A DNA stretch of 64,000 nucleotides from Alphaproteobacteria bacterium. Lineage in GTDB: Bacteria; Pseudomonadota; Alphaproteobacteria; UBA828. A program made the position numbers and the translations under genes. A model generated the notes under the pieces. It was given only the letters and a program-made list of their open reading frames with translations. It ran no database searches and was not told the origin of the DNA. The DNA lies in the NCBI GenBank assembly GCA_965221125.1, contig CBDCRW010000006.1, positions 96,001-160,000 of the forward strand, given 5' to 3'. Shown piece after piece: positions 30,536 to 41,721 of the stretch. Position 1 is the first letter of the stretch. The number at the start of each line of letters is the position of its first letter.

Positions 30536-32311
30536 TCACTTTCCAAATATTGCTTCTTCCAACATATTCAATGAACTTCGAAAACCCTCAAAGACATCTA
30601 CATTTCTCTCAGTTTCACACAGATACGTACACAGCTTGACCTTATTGAGCTTGCGCACAATGGCGGTGTTTGCGCCTCCCATTCTCTTTTCGCTGCTACT
30701 AAAGAATTTCTCTTCAAACACTCTCTCTGGTAACAGATTCTCGACACCATCGTTACACGTTTTGTTTGCCTCGTTACGTTCTAGTCCCCGAATGCATAAC
30801 ATGCCCTCATCGGAATTCATAACGTTCGCATCACAATCAAAAAGCAATACCACTGTTGACTTGCAGAGACTAGGATTATTGCGAAGCAACGTTTTTGCGT
30901 GTTTCAACCGATCCTTTCCTCCATCAGTTGCCCCCTTGTCTGTCTCTGTTCCCACCCAATCAAAATCTACACCTCCGACAATACGTTCGTATCCCAGCAA
31001 TTGAGCTGCCGCAGAAAAGTATTTTGGATCCGTCTGCCCCTCGAAAAGCACGAGTGGCCGATTTAGTTGCTTCACTTTTTCCGATATGCTCTCATCAAAT
31101 AGCTTCGTTCTCGATACCGCGTCGGCACAACTCATGAACTCCTTGAATCTTTCCGCCTCTATTCGTCTACCCGAAGGCAACTCTACAATCTGCACATTGT
31201 TCTCACCGTACGCATCTTCTAGTCCCAATGGCACGAATGGCGAATGACAAGATAGAATGAACTGAATTCTCGGAAACAGTTGCATCAGATGCGGTAACGT
31301 CCTTAGCTGAAAGTCACTGTGTAAGTGGGCGTCCACTTCATCCACGAGAACAATGCCAGTCATATTCTGGGTGGGACTCGCTGTAACGCCTGTATCGGCA
31401 TATCGAAGAATTGCAAAAAACATTGATAACAGTGTCGCCTGACCCGAGGATAATGCTTCGAGACTTGGCATGATTAGTTCTTTGTCTCGTACAATCTGTA
31501 GCTTTCTATCCCTCATGACCCTCCCTGTGCGCACTAACCGCGCGCTTGGTTCATTAAGGATAATCCTAAGTATGGTATTTATGTTAGCCAGCGCTGTCGA
31601 ATTGGCGGTGACATTCGTCACAATCTTATCTAAATTTGACATGCTTGACCGAAGAGAGAAGGCATCAATAGACTGATCGAGAAAAACATCGATTAGCCAG
31701 GGCTTCAGATCGTGAAACGTGCGATTCAAAACTATCGGTTTGTTTAGCTCATCTGCAAGAAGAATTTCGAAATGTGCCTGCTCTTTAGTACGATCTTCGG
31801 TTGACCAGTACGGCTCCTCTGCTCGACTTGAGGGGAAGAATGCATAACAACCGCGGCGGAATATTCTCGTAATACCATCCTTGGGACCTGTTGTCCTCTT
31901 GAATGGTTCCGATTCATCCCAGCGAAAATTGGTTGGAAACTCTGTGAACCGAGTTCGGGCAAGTTCTGATCCCACAGTGCCAGACTTGCTCACACAAAAA
32001 TAACTTCTTCTTTGGTCGGTGAATTGGGAAATGCAAAGTTCGAATTGAGCGCCAATTCTAGTGGTCGCCGGACCAAGACTACGAAAGTACTTTCGCGATA
32101 GTCCAGTGGTCGATGGCGTGACGTCACTAAATGAGTTGGCAGCAAGTTCAGTCAGCGCGTCGGCGATAATAGAGAGAGCATTTGTTTTGCCACATCCATT
32201 AGTACCGACTAGAAGAAGAGGCTGGGGAGAGTCATCGTCGTTAAATGTTGGCTCAATTTCAAGGTCTGAGGCAATGCCGCTGTTTCGTACCAATAGCTTT
32301 CTCAAATACAT
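30536..32311 (-). CDS. ABC/AAA-ATPase fused to a C-terminal TOPRIM-like domain (OLD-like), AT-rich, probable defence gene
   Basis: Walker A GTNGCGKT, signature LSSGQ, Walker B VLVDEVDAHLH, H-loop SCHSP; TOPRIM-type VLFEGQTD and LFDCD (DxD), then GVENLL. Visibly much lower GC than the flanks. Confidence 0.78.
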   Translation of the reverse strand: MYLRKLLVRNSGIASDLEIEPTFNDDDSPQPLLLVGTNGCGKTNALSIIADALTELAANSFSDVTPSTTGLSRKYFRSLGPATTRIGAQFELCISQFTDQRRSYFCVSKSGTVGSELARTRFTEFPTNFRWDESEPFKRTTGPKDGITRIFRRGCYAFFPSSRAEEPYWSTEDRTKEQAHFEILLADELNKPIVLNRTFHDLKPWLIDVFLDQSIDAFSLRSSMSNLDKIVTNVTANSTALANINTILRIILNEPSARLVRTGRVMRDRKLQIVRDKELIMPSLEALSSGQATLLSMFFAILRYADTGVTASPTQNMTGIVLVDEVDAHLHSDFQLRTLPHLMQLFPRIQFILSCHSPFVPLGLEDAYGENNVQIVELPSGRRIEAERFKEFMSCADAVSRTKLFDESISEKVKQLNRPLVLFEGQTDPKYFSAAAQLLGYERIVGGVDFDWVGTETDKGATDGGKDRLKHAKTLLRNNPSLCKSTVVLLFDCDANVMNSDEGMLCIRGLERNEANKTCNDGVENLLPERVFEEKFFSSSEKRMGGANTAIVRKLNKVKLCTYLCETERNVDVFEGFRSSLNMLEEAIFGK

Positions 32312-32425
32312 TACAGGGGCTTTCTGCTGTATTGCGATTGTTAGTGAGCCGAATGTTAAGGATATGCCGTGAGGATGGCAAAGGGAAAGGTGAAGAAGTG
32401 ACGAGCCTGAGCATGGACCGGTGTG

Positions 32426-34876
32426 TCACCGCGGCTCCAGCACCAGCGTGCCCAGCGCGTCCTCCTCTACCGCCGCCCTGTCGGTGAGCATGGGGAGGTA
32501 CTCCCCGTCGCGCCAGGGCTCGGCGTAGTCCTCGTAGTGGCCGGAGAGCGGATTGCCTGACTGCCCCGTGCTCTGGATGAAGACCGAGCGCGCAGGGTCG
32601 CCCAGGTCATAGATCGCCCGATACCCGGCGCCGTGGTTCTGGGCGAAGGGGCGCTCCGCGTCCGCCACGTCGAAGCCGCCGGCCTTGATCGTCTCCTTCT
32701 CGCCGCCGGACGGCATGTCGATCTCGAACCAGGAGCCGATGGCCGGCACCTCGCCCAGGATGCGGCTCTTCATGCGGACCGCGTGGGCCTCGCCCCAGCG
32801 CCAGTCGTCCATGTCGTGCCCGTAGGTCACGGCGAGGAACTCCAGCGCGATCTTGAGCGCCCGGCTCACCGCGTCTGCGCAGGTCTCTTGGCCGCCCGCG
32901 GTGCTCACGTCGTCGCACCACTGCTGGCGCTCGCCGAGCGCGCGGTGAATCGGCTCGGTGCGGATCTTCCAGTAGTCCTCGAACACGTCGCCGAGTTCGT
33001 CGGCGAAGAGCACGTGCATCAGCTCGCGCACCCACGCCACGTAGATGAGCGCCTCCGTGCTGTCCCGCCCCATGCCGTGGTCCCACGCCGCCAGCATGGC
33101 GAGCGCCGTCCGCATCGTCTCGTTCGCAGGCGCCGCCAGTTCCAGCAGCACCGGCGTGAGCCGGGCGGCGGCGAGCGAGACCAGGTCCTGCTGGATCGCC
33201 GCGAAGCTGGCCACGTCGTGCTTGGGCCTGGCATCCAGCAGGGCCTCGATCCGCTTGGCCCGGTAGGGCGCCGTCCAGTCGTCGGTGAGGTAGTAGGGAT
33301 AGTCGTGCCCCACCATGCGGTTGTTGGCGCTGACGATGCGGCCCGACGCCGGGTTGTGCGCGCCCGGCAGCGCGTCGACGGGCACGCGGTCCACCCAGTC
33401 GTGTTCGCCGGTCCAGCCCGGCGCCGGCAGGTGCCCCTGGCCCGAGGCACGGATCGGCACGCGCCCCGGCGCCACGTAGCCGATGTTGCCCTCGGTGTCC
33501 GCGAAGACGATGGTCTGCTGCGGCACCGCGAGGTCGCCGAGCGCGTCGACGAACGCCTGCCAGTCCTCGGCACCCGTGGCGTTCACCAGCGCCTGGCCGC
33601 TGAGATCGTCGTCGTCCAGCGCAGTCCACGAGAAGGCGAGCACGTGGCCCTCCTCCAGGAACTCCTCGCTCTCCTCCAGCAGGTCGGAGACCACGGGCCC
33701 GTGGCGCGTCACGCGCACCTCCAGCTCGATGGGCTCGCCGCCGCTGACGGCGATCGTCTCGGTGCGGACCTCGAAGGGGAGGCTCCCCTCCGGCGCGAGG
33801 TAGCGGCCGGGGTCGTCGGGGTCGATCCGCTCGATGAAGAGGTCTTGCACGTCCGGCCCGGTGTTGGTGAAGCCCCAGGCGAGCGTCCGCGACTGGCCCA
33901 GCAGCGGGAAGGGCAGCCCCGGCAGCGTCGCGCCCACGACCTCGAATTCCGGCGTCGAGACATGGGCGAGGTACCAGACGCTCGGCACCTCCAGGCGGAG
34001 GTGCGGGTCGTTCGCGAGCAGCGGCTTGCCGGATTCCGTGTGCGCGCCTGAGAGCACCCAGGCGTTGGAGCCGAGCCCGGAGGCACGCAGCGCCGGCATG
34101 GCACCCTGCGCGACCGCGTCGAGCGCCGCAAAGTCGATGCCGCTGCCGTGGACGGCCGGCACCGCCGCGTGCGGCCCCGGCGCAGGGTCGTCGGGATGCT
34201 GCGCCCAAAGGTCCTGAAGCTGCGCCCGGTCGAGTTTGCCGGCGAGGCGCGCGCGCAGCAGCTCGTCGCTGAAATTGTCGCCGAGATCCCAGGCCATGAT
34301 CTTGAGCCAGACGAGGCTGTCGGCGGGCCGCCAGGGCTCGGGCTTGTGGCCGAGCAGCTGGAACTCGAGCGGCAGCAGCTCGGAGTGGGTCTCCAGGTAG
34401 GCGTTCACGCCCTCCGCATAGGCCCCGTAGATCGCCTGCGCCTCGGGCTCCAGCATCTCGAAGTTGCGCTCGGCGACGCGGTAGATACCCAGCGTTCGCA
34501 AGAACTTGTCGGGCTCGACGGCGGGCTCGCCCACCACTTCTGCCAGCCGCGCCTGGCCGATCCGGCGCTGCATCTCGAGCTGCCAGAGCCGGTCCTGCGC
34601 GTGGACGAAGCCCATGGCGAAGGCGACGTCCTTGGGCGACTGCGCGTAGATGTGGGGGACGGCGTTGGCGTCGCGGACGATCTCCACGGCGGCATCGAGG
34701 CCCGGCACCTCCTCGGCCCCGTCGTAGGAGGGGAGCGCGAACCACGAGCACGAGCCCACGGCCAGCAGCAGCGCGAGCAGCGCCGCAGCGCCGAACGCCG
34801 CGCAGTAGGGCCGCAGTCGTCTGAGGCTGAAGCTCTGCCGCCGCCAGCCTCCCCTGCCGGAAGCCGCGGCGCGCAT
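32426..34876 (-). CDS. Penicillin acylase family (Ntn-hydrolase) protein
   Basis: N-terminal TM anchor; RDANAVPHIYA, GFVHAQDRLWQ, nucleophile GSNAW, LANDPHL and GQSGNP.S.HY.D. Confidence 0.93.
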   Translation of the reverse strand: MRAAASGRGGWRRQSFSLRRLRPYCAAFGAAALLALLLAVGSCSWFALPSYDGAEEVPGLDAAVEIVRDANAVPHIYAQSPKDVAFAMGFVHAQDRLWQLEMQRRIGQARLAEVVGEPAVEPDKFLRTLGIYRVAERNFEMLEPEAQAIYGAYAEGVNAYLETHSELLPLEFQLLGHKPEPWRPADSLVWLKIMAWDLGDNFSDELLRARLAGKLDRAQLQDLWAQHPDDPAPGPHAAVPAVHGSGIDFAALDAVAQGAMPALRASGLGSNAWVLSGAHTESGKPLLANDPHLRLEVPSVWYLAHVSTPEFEVVGATLPGLPFPLLGQSRTLAWGFTNTGPDVQDLFIERIDPDDPGRYLAPEGSLPFEVRTETIAVSGGEPIELEVRVTRHGPVVSDLLEESEEFLEEGHVLAFSWTALDDDDLSGQALVNATGAEDWQAFVDALGDLAVPQQTIVFADTEGNIGYVAPGRVPIRASGQGHLPAPGWTGEHDWVDRVPVDALPGAHNPASGRIVSANNRMVGHDYPYYLTDDWTAPYRAKRIEALLDARPKHDVASFAAIQQDLVSLAAARLTPVLLELAAPANETMRTALAMLAAWDHGMGRDSTEALIYVAWVRELMHVLFADELGDVFEDYWKIRTEPIHRALGERQQWCDDVSTAGGQETCADAVSRALKIALEFLAVTYGHDMDDWRWGEAHAVRMKSRILGEVPAIGSWFEIDMPSGGEKETIKAGGFDVADAERPFAQNHGAGYRAIYDLGDPARSVFIQSTGQSGNPLSGHYEDYAEPWRDGEYLPMLTDRAAVEEDALGTLVLEPR

Positions 34877-36024
34877 CACGCGTCTCCGTCCGCGAGCGCG
34901 CGGCGGTGCTGGTCGAGCTCCGGCGCGGGCGGCCGTTCCGCCGGGTCGGGATAGGCCGAGAGCTTGATCGGGTTGCCTGCCATCTTCACCTCCCCTGCCA
35001 CCGGGTCCATCGCCCGGATTATCATGTTGCGCGCCGCCACCTGCGGGTCGGCCAGCACGTCATCCACCCGGTTGATCGGCGAGCACGGCACGCCGGCCTC
35101 CTCCAGCACGGCGAGCCAGTGCCGCGTCGGGTGCGCCGCGAGGATCGCCTCGAACTCCCGCTCCAGCGCGTCGATGTTGGCGTTGCGCGCCGCGTTGTCG
35201 ACGAAGCGCGCGTCCTCGGCGAGCGCGGGCCTGCCCAGCGCGGCGCAGAGCGTCGCGAACAGCGCGTTGTTGCCGGCGGAGATCACCACGTGGCCGTCGG
35301 CGGTCGCGTAGGCCTGGAACGGCGTGATCGAGGGATGGCGCGTGCCCAGCGGCCCCGGCACCTCGCCGGACGCGAAGTAGCGCGCGAGCGCGTTCTCCAG
35401 GATCGCCACCTGGCAATCGAGCATGGAGACGTCGAGCTTCATCCCCTCGCCCGTCATGGTCCGCCGGTAGAGCGCGCCGTTCACGCCGATGGCGGTGAAG
35501 AGGCCGGCGACGATATCGCCGACCGAGCTTCCCACCCGCGCCGGCGGCCCGTCGGGCTGGCCGGTCAGGCTCATGATGCCGCCCATGGCCTGCACCACCA
35601 CGTCGTAGGCCGGCCGCCCGGCGTAGGGCCCGGTGTGGCCGAAGCCCGAGCACGCCGCGTAGATCAGCCGGGGGAAGCGCGCGTGCAGCGCCTCCCAGCC
35701 GTAGCCGAGGCGCTCCATGGTGCCCGCGCGGAAGTTCTCCGCCACCACGTCGGCGCCCGCCAGCAGCTCCTCGAAGACCGCGCGGTCGCCGTCCTCCTTC
35801 AGGTTGAGGGAGACGCTCTCCTTGCCGCGGTTGATCGACATGAAATAGGCGGATTTTCCGCCGACGAACGGGCCGAAGGCGCGGGAATCGTCGCCGCCGC
35901 CCGGCGTCTCCACCTTGATCACGCGGGCGCCGAGATCGGCCAGCACCATGGTGCAGTAGGGGCCAGCCAGGACCCGCGTCAGGTCGATCACAGTGACGCC
36001 GGCGAGCGGTCCGTCCACGGTCAT
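34876..36024 (-). CDS. CaiB/BaiF family CoA-transferase
   Basis: Real start at MTVDGPLAGV (ATG 36024); DLTRVLAGPYC, NRGKES, ENFRAG and VGDIVAG. Confidence 0.92.
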   Translation of the reverse strand: MTVDGPLAGVTVIDLTRVLAGPYCTMVLADLGARVIKVETPGGGDDSRAFGPFVGGKSAYFMSINRGKESVSLNLKEDGDRAVFEELLAGADVVAENFRAGTMERLGYGWEALHARFPRLIYAACSGFGHTGPYAGRPAYDVVVQAMGGIMSLTGQPDGPPARVGSSVGDIVAGLFTAIGVNGALYRRTMTGEGMKLDVSMLDCQVAILENALARYFASGEVPGPLGTRHPSITPFQAYATADGHVVISAGNNALFATLCAALGRPALAEDARFVDNAARNANIDALEREFEAILAAHPTRHWLAVLEEAGVPCSPINRVDDVLADPQVAARNMIIRAMDPVAGEVKMAGNPIKLSAYPDPAERPPAPELDQHRRALADGDA

Positions 36025-36125
36025 GTCGATGCTTCCCCGTCCTGGTATTTGAGTATACACGCACGCGCCGCCGCCGGCCCGGCCGTCGATCGGTGGGCCA
36101 GCCGTGCAGCCGGCCGGCGGGCGGT

Positions 36126-37241
<1,116 letters not shown>

Positions 37242-37351
37242 TCAGGCGGCGCGGGCCGCCATGCTCGGCCGGGCAGCGCGGCCGCTCTCTTGGCATCTAG
37301 GCACAAGCGGGCGGCGGGTCAACCGGGGCGGTGCGGAAACGAGAGGGCGCG

Positions 37352-39730
37352 ATGGCGGCCGAGACGAACATCGAGCGGATTCCGGGCTTCTGCGCGCTCT
37401 GCACCTCCGTCTGCGGCTGCATCTCCGTGGTCGACGACGGCCGCCTCGTCGCCGTCGAGCCCGACCCCGCGCACCCCACCGGCAAGGCGCTCTGCGGCAA
37501 GGGCCGCGCCGCGCCGGAGCTGGTCTACCACGAGGACCGCCTGCTCCATCCGCTCCGCCGCACGAGCCCGAAGGACGAGCCCGGCACGTGGGAGCGCATA
37601 AGCTGGGACGAGGCGCTCGACGAGACCGCCGCGGCTCTCAAGCGCCTCGCCGCCGAGCACGGGCCGGAGAGCGTGGCCTTCGCCATCACCACGCCGTCCG
37701 GCACCGGCATTCAGGACGCCTATCCCTGGATCGAGCGCCTGCGCCACGCCTACGGCAGCCCCAACGCGCCCTACGGCACGGAGATCTGCAACTTCCACCG
37801 GGACGACATCAACCGGCTCACCTTCGGCGTCGACACGCCCGTGCCGGATTTCGAGAACGCCGGGTGCATCATGCTCTGGGGCCACAACCCGAGCACCACC
37901 TGGCTCGCCTATGCCAGCCGCGTCGCCGAGGCCAAGGCGCGGGGCGCCAAGCTCATCGTCGTCGACCCGCGCCGCGCGGGCCTCGCGGTCAAGGCCGACG
38001 TCTGGCTCCGCGTCCGCCCCGGCACCGACGGCGCGCTCGCTTTGGGTCTCGCCAACCTGCTGCTGGAGGCCGGGCACTACGACGCGGCCTTCATGCGGGC
38101 CTGGACCAACGGCCCGCTGCTCTTGCGCGAGGACGACGGCACGCCGCTCCGCGCCGATCACCTGAGCGCGGACGGTGATGCAGCCCACCGCGTCGCCTGG
38201 GACGCGGACGCCGGCGCGGCGATGCTCTACGACCCCGCAGCGGCCCGCTACGAGGGCGGCACGCCCGCGCTCGGCGGCCGCTACGAGGTCGCGGGCGCTG
38301 ACGGCGCGGCGATCCCCTGCCGCACCGCCTTCGACCTCTACCGCGAGCGCTGCCGCGCCTTCACGCCGGAGCGGGTAGAAAAAATCACCTGGGTGCCGGC
38401 GGAGCGGCTTCGCGCAGCCGCGCAACTGCTGGGCGAGGCCGACGCGGTCTCGTCGTATAGCTGGTCCGGCGTGGGCCAGCACACCAACGCGAGCCAGACC
38501 TCGCGCGCGATCTCGCTCCTCTACGCGCTGAGCGGCAGCTTCGATGCGCCGGGCGGCAACGTGCTGTTCGAGACCATTCCCACCAACGACATCCGGGGCC
38601 GCGACATGCTGCCGCCCGCGCAGCTCGCGAAGGCGGTGGGCGGCGCGGGCCGCCCCCTCGGGCCCGAGCAGCAGGGCTGGATCACCAGCGACGACCTCTA
38701 CCGCGCGGTCCTCGAGGGCCGGCCCTATCCAATCAAGGGCCTGGTGAGCTTCGGCACCAACATCCTGGTGAGCCACGCCGACACCGCCCGCGGCGAGGCG
38801 GCGCTGAAGGCGCTGGACTTCGCGGTGCACGTGGACATGTTCATGACGCCGTCCGCCTCCCTCGCCGACATCGTGCTGCCGGTCAACACGCCGTTCGAGC
38901 GCGAAGGGCTGTGCACGGACTTCAAGGTGGGGGCGGACGCGACCTCCTTCGCGCAGCTCCGCCCGCCGGCGGTGGAGCCGCGGGGCGAGTCGCGGAGCGA
39001 CGTCTGGATCGCCTTCGCGCTTGCGAAGCGCCTCGGCCTCGCCAACCAGTTCTGGGGCGGCGACGTCGACGCCTCCTACCGCGAGATGCTGGCCCGCTCC
39101 GGCCTCGACCTGGAGACGCTGCGCCAGTCACCCGGCGGCGTGCGCGTGGACCACGAGACCCGCTACCGCAAGTACGCCGGCGGCGACGGAGAGCCCGCGC
39201 CGGGCTTCGCCACGCCATCGCGCAAGGTCGAGGTTTATTCGGAGCAGCTGCTGGCGGCGGGCCAGTCTCCGATCCCGGACTACGTGGAGCCCGCCGTCGG
39301 GCCGGTGAGCCGGGCCGACCTCGCCGCCGACTACCCCTTGGTGCTCACGTCCGCGAAGTCGCTCCACTACTGCCACAGCCAGCACCGGGGCATGCCCTCG
39401 CTGCGCCGCCGCGAGCCCGACCCCACGGTCGAGATGCACCCGGACGCCGCCGCCGCGCGCGAGATCGGGAACGGCGACTGGGTGCGGCTGGCCACGCCGG
39501 AAGGTGCGGTCCGCGCCCGCGCGGTGCTGCGGCCCACCCTCGACCCCCGCGTGGTCAGCGCCACCCACGGCTGGTGGCAGGCCTGCGAGGCGCTCGGCCT
39601 GCCGGGCTACGACGCCACCAGCGCGGCGGGCGCGAACATGAACGCGCTCATCGGCAACCGCGAGGTCGACCCGATCTCGGGCTCCGTGCCCCACCGCTCC
39701 TACCTCTGCGAGATCACGCGCTTGGGTTAA
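37352..39730 (+). CDS. Molybdopterin (bis-MGD) oxidoreductase with N-terminal 4Fe-4S, acetylene-hydratase-like subgroup
   Basis: CALCTSVC-x26-C, RISWDEAL, LWGHNP, RPGTDGAL, ADIVLP and a C-terminal molydopterin-binding domain; no Tat signal. Confidence 0.88.
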   Translation: MAAETNIERIPGFCALCTSVCGCISVVDDGRLVAVEPDPAHPTGKALCGKGRAAPELVYHEDRLLHPLRRTSPKDEPGTWERISWDEALDETAAALKRLAAEHGPESVAFAITTPSGTGIQDAYPWIERLRHAYGSPNAPYGTEICNFHRDDINRLTFGVDTPVPDFENAGCIMLWGHNPSTTWLAYASRVAEAKARGAKLIVVDPRRAGLAVKADVWLRVRPGTDGALALGLANLLLEAGHYDAAFMRAWTNGPLLLREDDGTPLRADHLSADGDAAHRVAWDADAGAAMLYDPAAARYEGGTPALGGRYEVAGADGAAIPCRTAFDLYRERCRAFTPERVEKITWVPAERLRAAAQLLGEADAVSSYSWSGVGQHTNASQTSRAISLLYALSGSFDAPGGNVLFETIPTNDIRGRDMLPPAQLAKAVGGAGRPLGPEQQGWITSDDLYRAVLEGRPYPIKGLVSFGTNILVSHADTARGEAALKALDFAVHVDMFMTPSASLADIVLPVNTPFEREGLCTDFKVGADATSFAQLRPPAVEPRGESRSDVWIAFALAKRLGLANQFWGGDVDASYREMLARSGLDLETLRQSPGGVRVDHETRYRKYAGGDGEPAPGFATPSRKVEVYSEQLLAAGQSPIPDYVEPAVGPVSRADLAADYPLVLTSAKSLHYCHSQHRGMPSLRRREPDPTVEMHPDAAAAREIGNGDWVRLATPEGAVRARAVLRPTLDPRVVSATHGWWQACEALGLPGYDATSAAGANMNALIGNREVDPISGSVPHRSYLCEITRLG

Positions 39731-39826
39731 TGGGGGTGAAAATGCCGTAGGCGCGGAGCCCAAACTGTTCCGCGCATGCGCTGCGACAGCCGCCGCGCCA
39801 GAATCAAGTTATTGTCGGCTCTCTAG

Positions 39827-41439
39827 CCCGAATTATTCATGGCAGGTCTGGTTTTGGGGTGGCGGACGTAGCGTAAGTCGTTGCCATCGGGTAGGAATTC
39901 GTTGCCGAGGCGTCTTCCTCTCCGAACAACGAAAATGCCACGCCCGCCATGACCGACGATAGTCTTCTTCCCTTCGATCTGCCAAGCGTCCAACGCAAGA
40001 AGGTGAGCGCCGCCTTCGACGGCGGCCTGATCTCGTCTGACGGCGGCCTCGTCCTGCTTCGTGAGGCGGAACGCAGCTTGCGCCTGGCCGAGACCCTGGC
40101 CGGCTGCATCCGCGACCGGCGCAAGCAGGCGCAGGTGATCCACTCGCTCTCGGCCATGCTGCGCTTCCGCATGTTCGCCATTGCGTGTGGCTACGAAGAT
40201 GCCGACGACTGCGACGCGCTGCGCGCGGACCCTCTGTTCAAGCTGGCCTCAGGCAAGGCGCCGGAGAGCGGCCGCGCACTCTGCTCCCAGCCGACCATGA
40301 GCCGCCTGGAGAACGCGCCGTCTCGTATCGAGGTGGCGCGCATGACGGCGGCGCTGGTCGATCTCTTCTGCCGCAGCTTCCAAGCCCCTCCCGCCGCCAT
40401 AACCCTTGACATCGACGACACCTGCGATGCGGTGCACGGCCACCAGCAGCTCTCGCTCTTCAACGCTCATTACGACACGCGCTGCTTCCTGCCCGTCCAC
40501 GTCTACCATGTGGAAAGCGGCAAGCCGGTGGCGGTCCTCCTGCGCCCGGGCAAGACGCCGTCGGGCCCTGAGGTCCGCACCCTCATCAAGCATCTGGTCC
40601 GCCGCATCCGCCGCCACTGGCCGCACACCCGGATCGTCTTCCGCGGAGACAGCCACTACGGCCGCCCGGAAGCCATGGCCTGGTGCGAGGAGAACGGGGT
40701 CGACTACATCTTCGGCCTCGCGGGCAACCGCGCGCTGCACGCGCTCGCATACGAGATGGCCGACGATCTCAAGGTGCGCCGCGCCAAGGCCGGCGCAGAC
40801 AGGATGCGCAGCTTCACCGCCTTCGACTACGCCGCCCGCTCCTGGAGCTGCGAACGCCGGGTCGTCGCCCGGCTCGAGGCGAGCACCCGCGGCTTCGATG
40901 CCCGCTATGTCGTCACCTCACTCAAGGGCGAGCCCCGCCATCTCTACGAAGACATCTACTGCGCCCGCGGCCAGGCCGAGAACCTGATCAAGATGCACAA
41001 GGGCCAGCTCGCCTCGGACCGCACCTCCTGCCAGAGCCCGCTCGCCAATCAGCTCAGGCTGGTCCTCCACACCGCAGCCTACTGGCTCATGCTCGCGCTG
41101 CGCGACGCCATTCCCCGCGCCGCGCCGCTCGCCCGTGCAGAGTTTGCAACCCTCAGGCTGCGCCTCCTCAAGATCGGTGCCCGCGTCATCGAGAAGGCCA
41201 CCCGCATCCGCATCCACTTCGCCTCGGCCTGCCCCGACGCCGCCCTCTTCCGCCTGCTCGCAGGCCGCCTCGCCGCAGCAGGCCCATGAGCGACGGGGCG
41301 GCGTGCCCCAATCACCCAGGCTCCATAAACCATCAACCCGATAACGACCATCCTCAGTTCCCGACGCCAAACCGCGTCAGGCCCCGACGCGCCCAATCAA
41401 CCGAGCATCAAGTGCAAGGCAGTCCATGAATAGGTCGGG
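39827..41439 (+). mobile_element. IS1380-family insertion sequence (1613 bp)
   Basis: Terminal IRs CCCGAATTATTCATGG and CCATGAATAGGTCGGG (14/16 match); flanked by CTAG at 39823-39826 and 41440-41443. Confidence 0.92.
39949..41289 (+). CDS. IS1380-family DDE transposase
   Basis: FDGG.ISSDGG, GYEDADD, SQPTMSRLEN, LDIDDT (D), RGDSHYG (D) and RGQAENLIK (E). Confidence 0.95.
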   Translation: MTDDSLLPFDLPSVQRKKVSAAFDGGLISSDGGLVLLREAERSLRLAETLAGCIRDRRKQAQVIHSLSAMLRFRMFAIACGYEDADDCDALRADPLFKLASGKAPESGRALCSQPTMSRLENAPSRIEVARMTAALVDLFCRSFQAPPAAITLDIDDTCDAVHGHQQLSLFNAHYDTRCFLPVHVYHVESGKPVAVLLRPGKTPSGPEVRTLIKHLVRRIRRHWPHTRIVFRGDSHYGRPEAMAWCEENGVDYIFGLAGNRALHALAYEMADDLKVRRAKAGADRMRSFTAFDYAARSWSCERRVVARLEASTRGFDARYVVTSLKGEPRHLYEDIYCARGQAENLIKMHKGQLASDRTSCQSPLANQLRLVLHTAAYWLMLALRDAIPRAAPLARAEFATLRLRLLKIGARVIEKATRIRIHFASACPDAALFRLLAGRLAAAGP

Positions 41440-41542
41440 CTAGAGTGTGTACAATCTGCCGGCGGCCGAATGCATGGATCAGCTCGCACGTGCAGACAAA
41501 AAATATTCTTTTGATATTACTTTCCGACGATAATGTACGTCC

Positions 41543-41707
41543 TTACTCTTCATCCAGATTTACATCGATTTCCGTCTCGATGCTTATATCGCCGCCAGCT
41601 CCACCCGTGGCACTTCCATATTCGCTTTCCGCATCACCGCCGACCGCACATGCTGCGATTGCCAAGCAACTCGCAAGCACGAATCCAATCTTTGCCAGGC
41701 TGGTCAT
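41543..41707 (-). CDS. Small acidic lipoprotein (54 aa)
   Basis: GGGGAGAGG RBS; lipobox IAA-C at Cys20; mature part CAVGGDAESEYGSATGGAGGDISIETEIDVNLDEE. Confidence 0.62.
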   Translation of the reverse strand: MTSLAKIGFVLASCLAIAACAVGGDAESEYGSATGGAGGDISIETEIDVNLDEE

Positions 41708-41721
41708 GCACCTCTCCCCAC

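Noticed and set aside
30291-31004. 237-aa ORF as a real full-length protein
   Set aside because: Only the first ~33 aa are Phd-like; the rest is junction sequence and the antisense of the ATPase gene.
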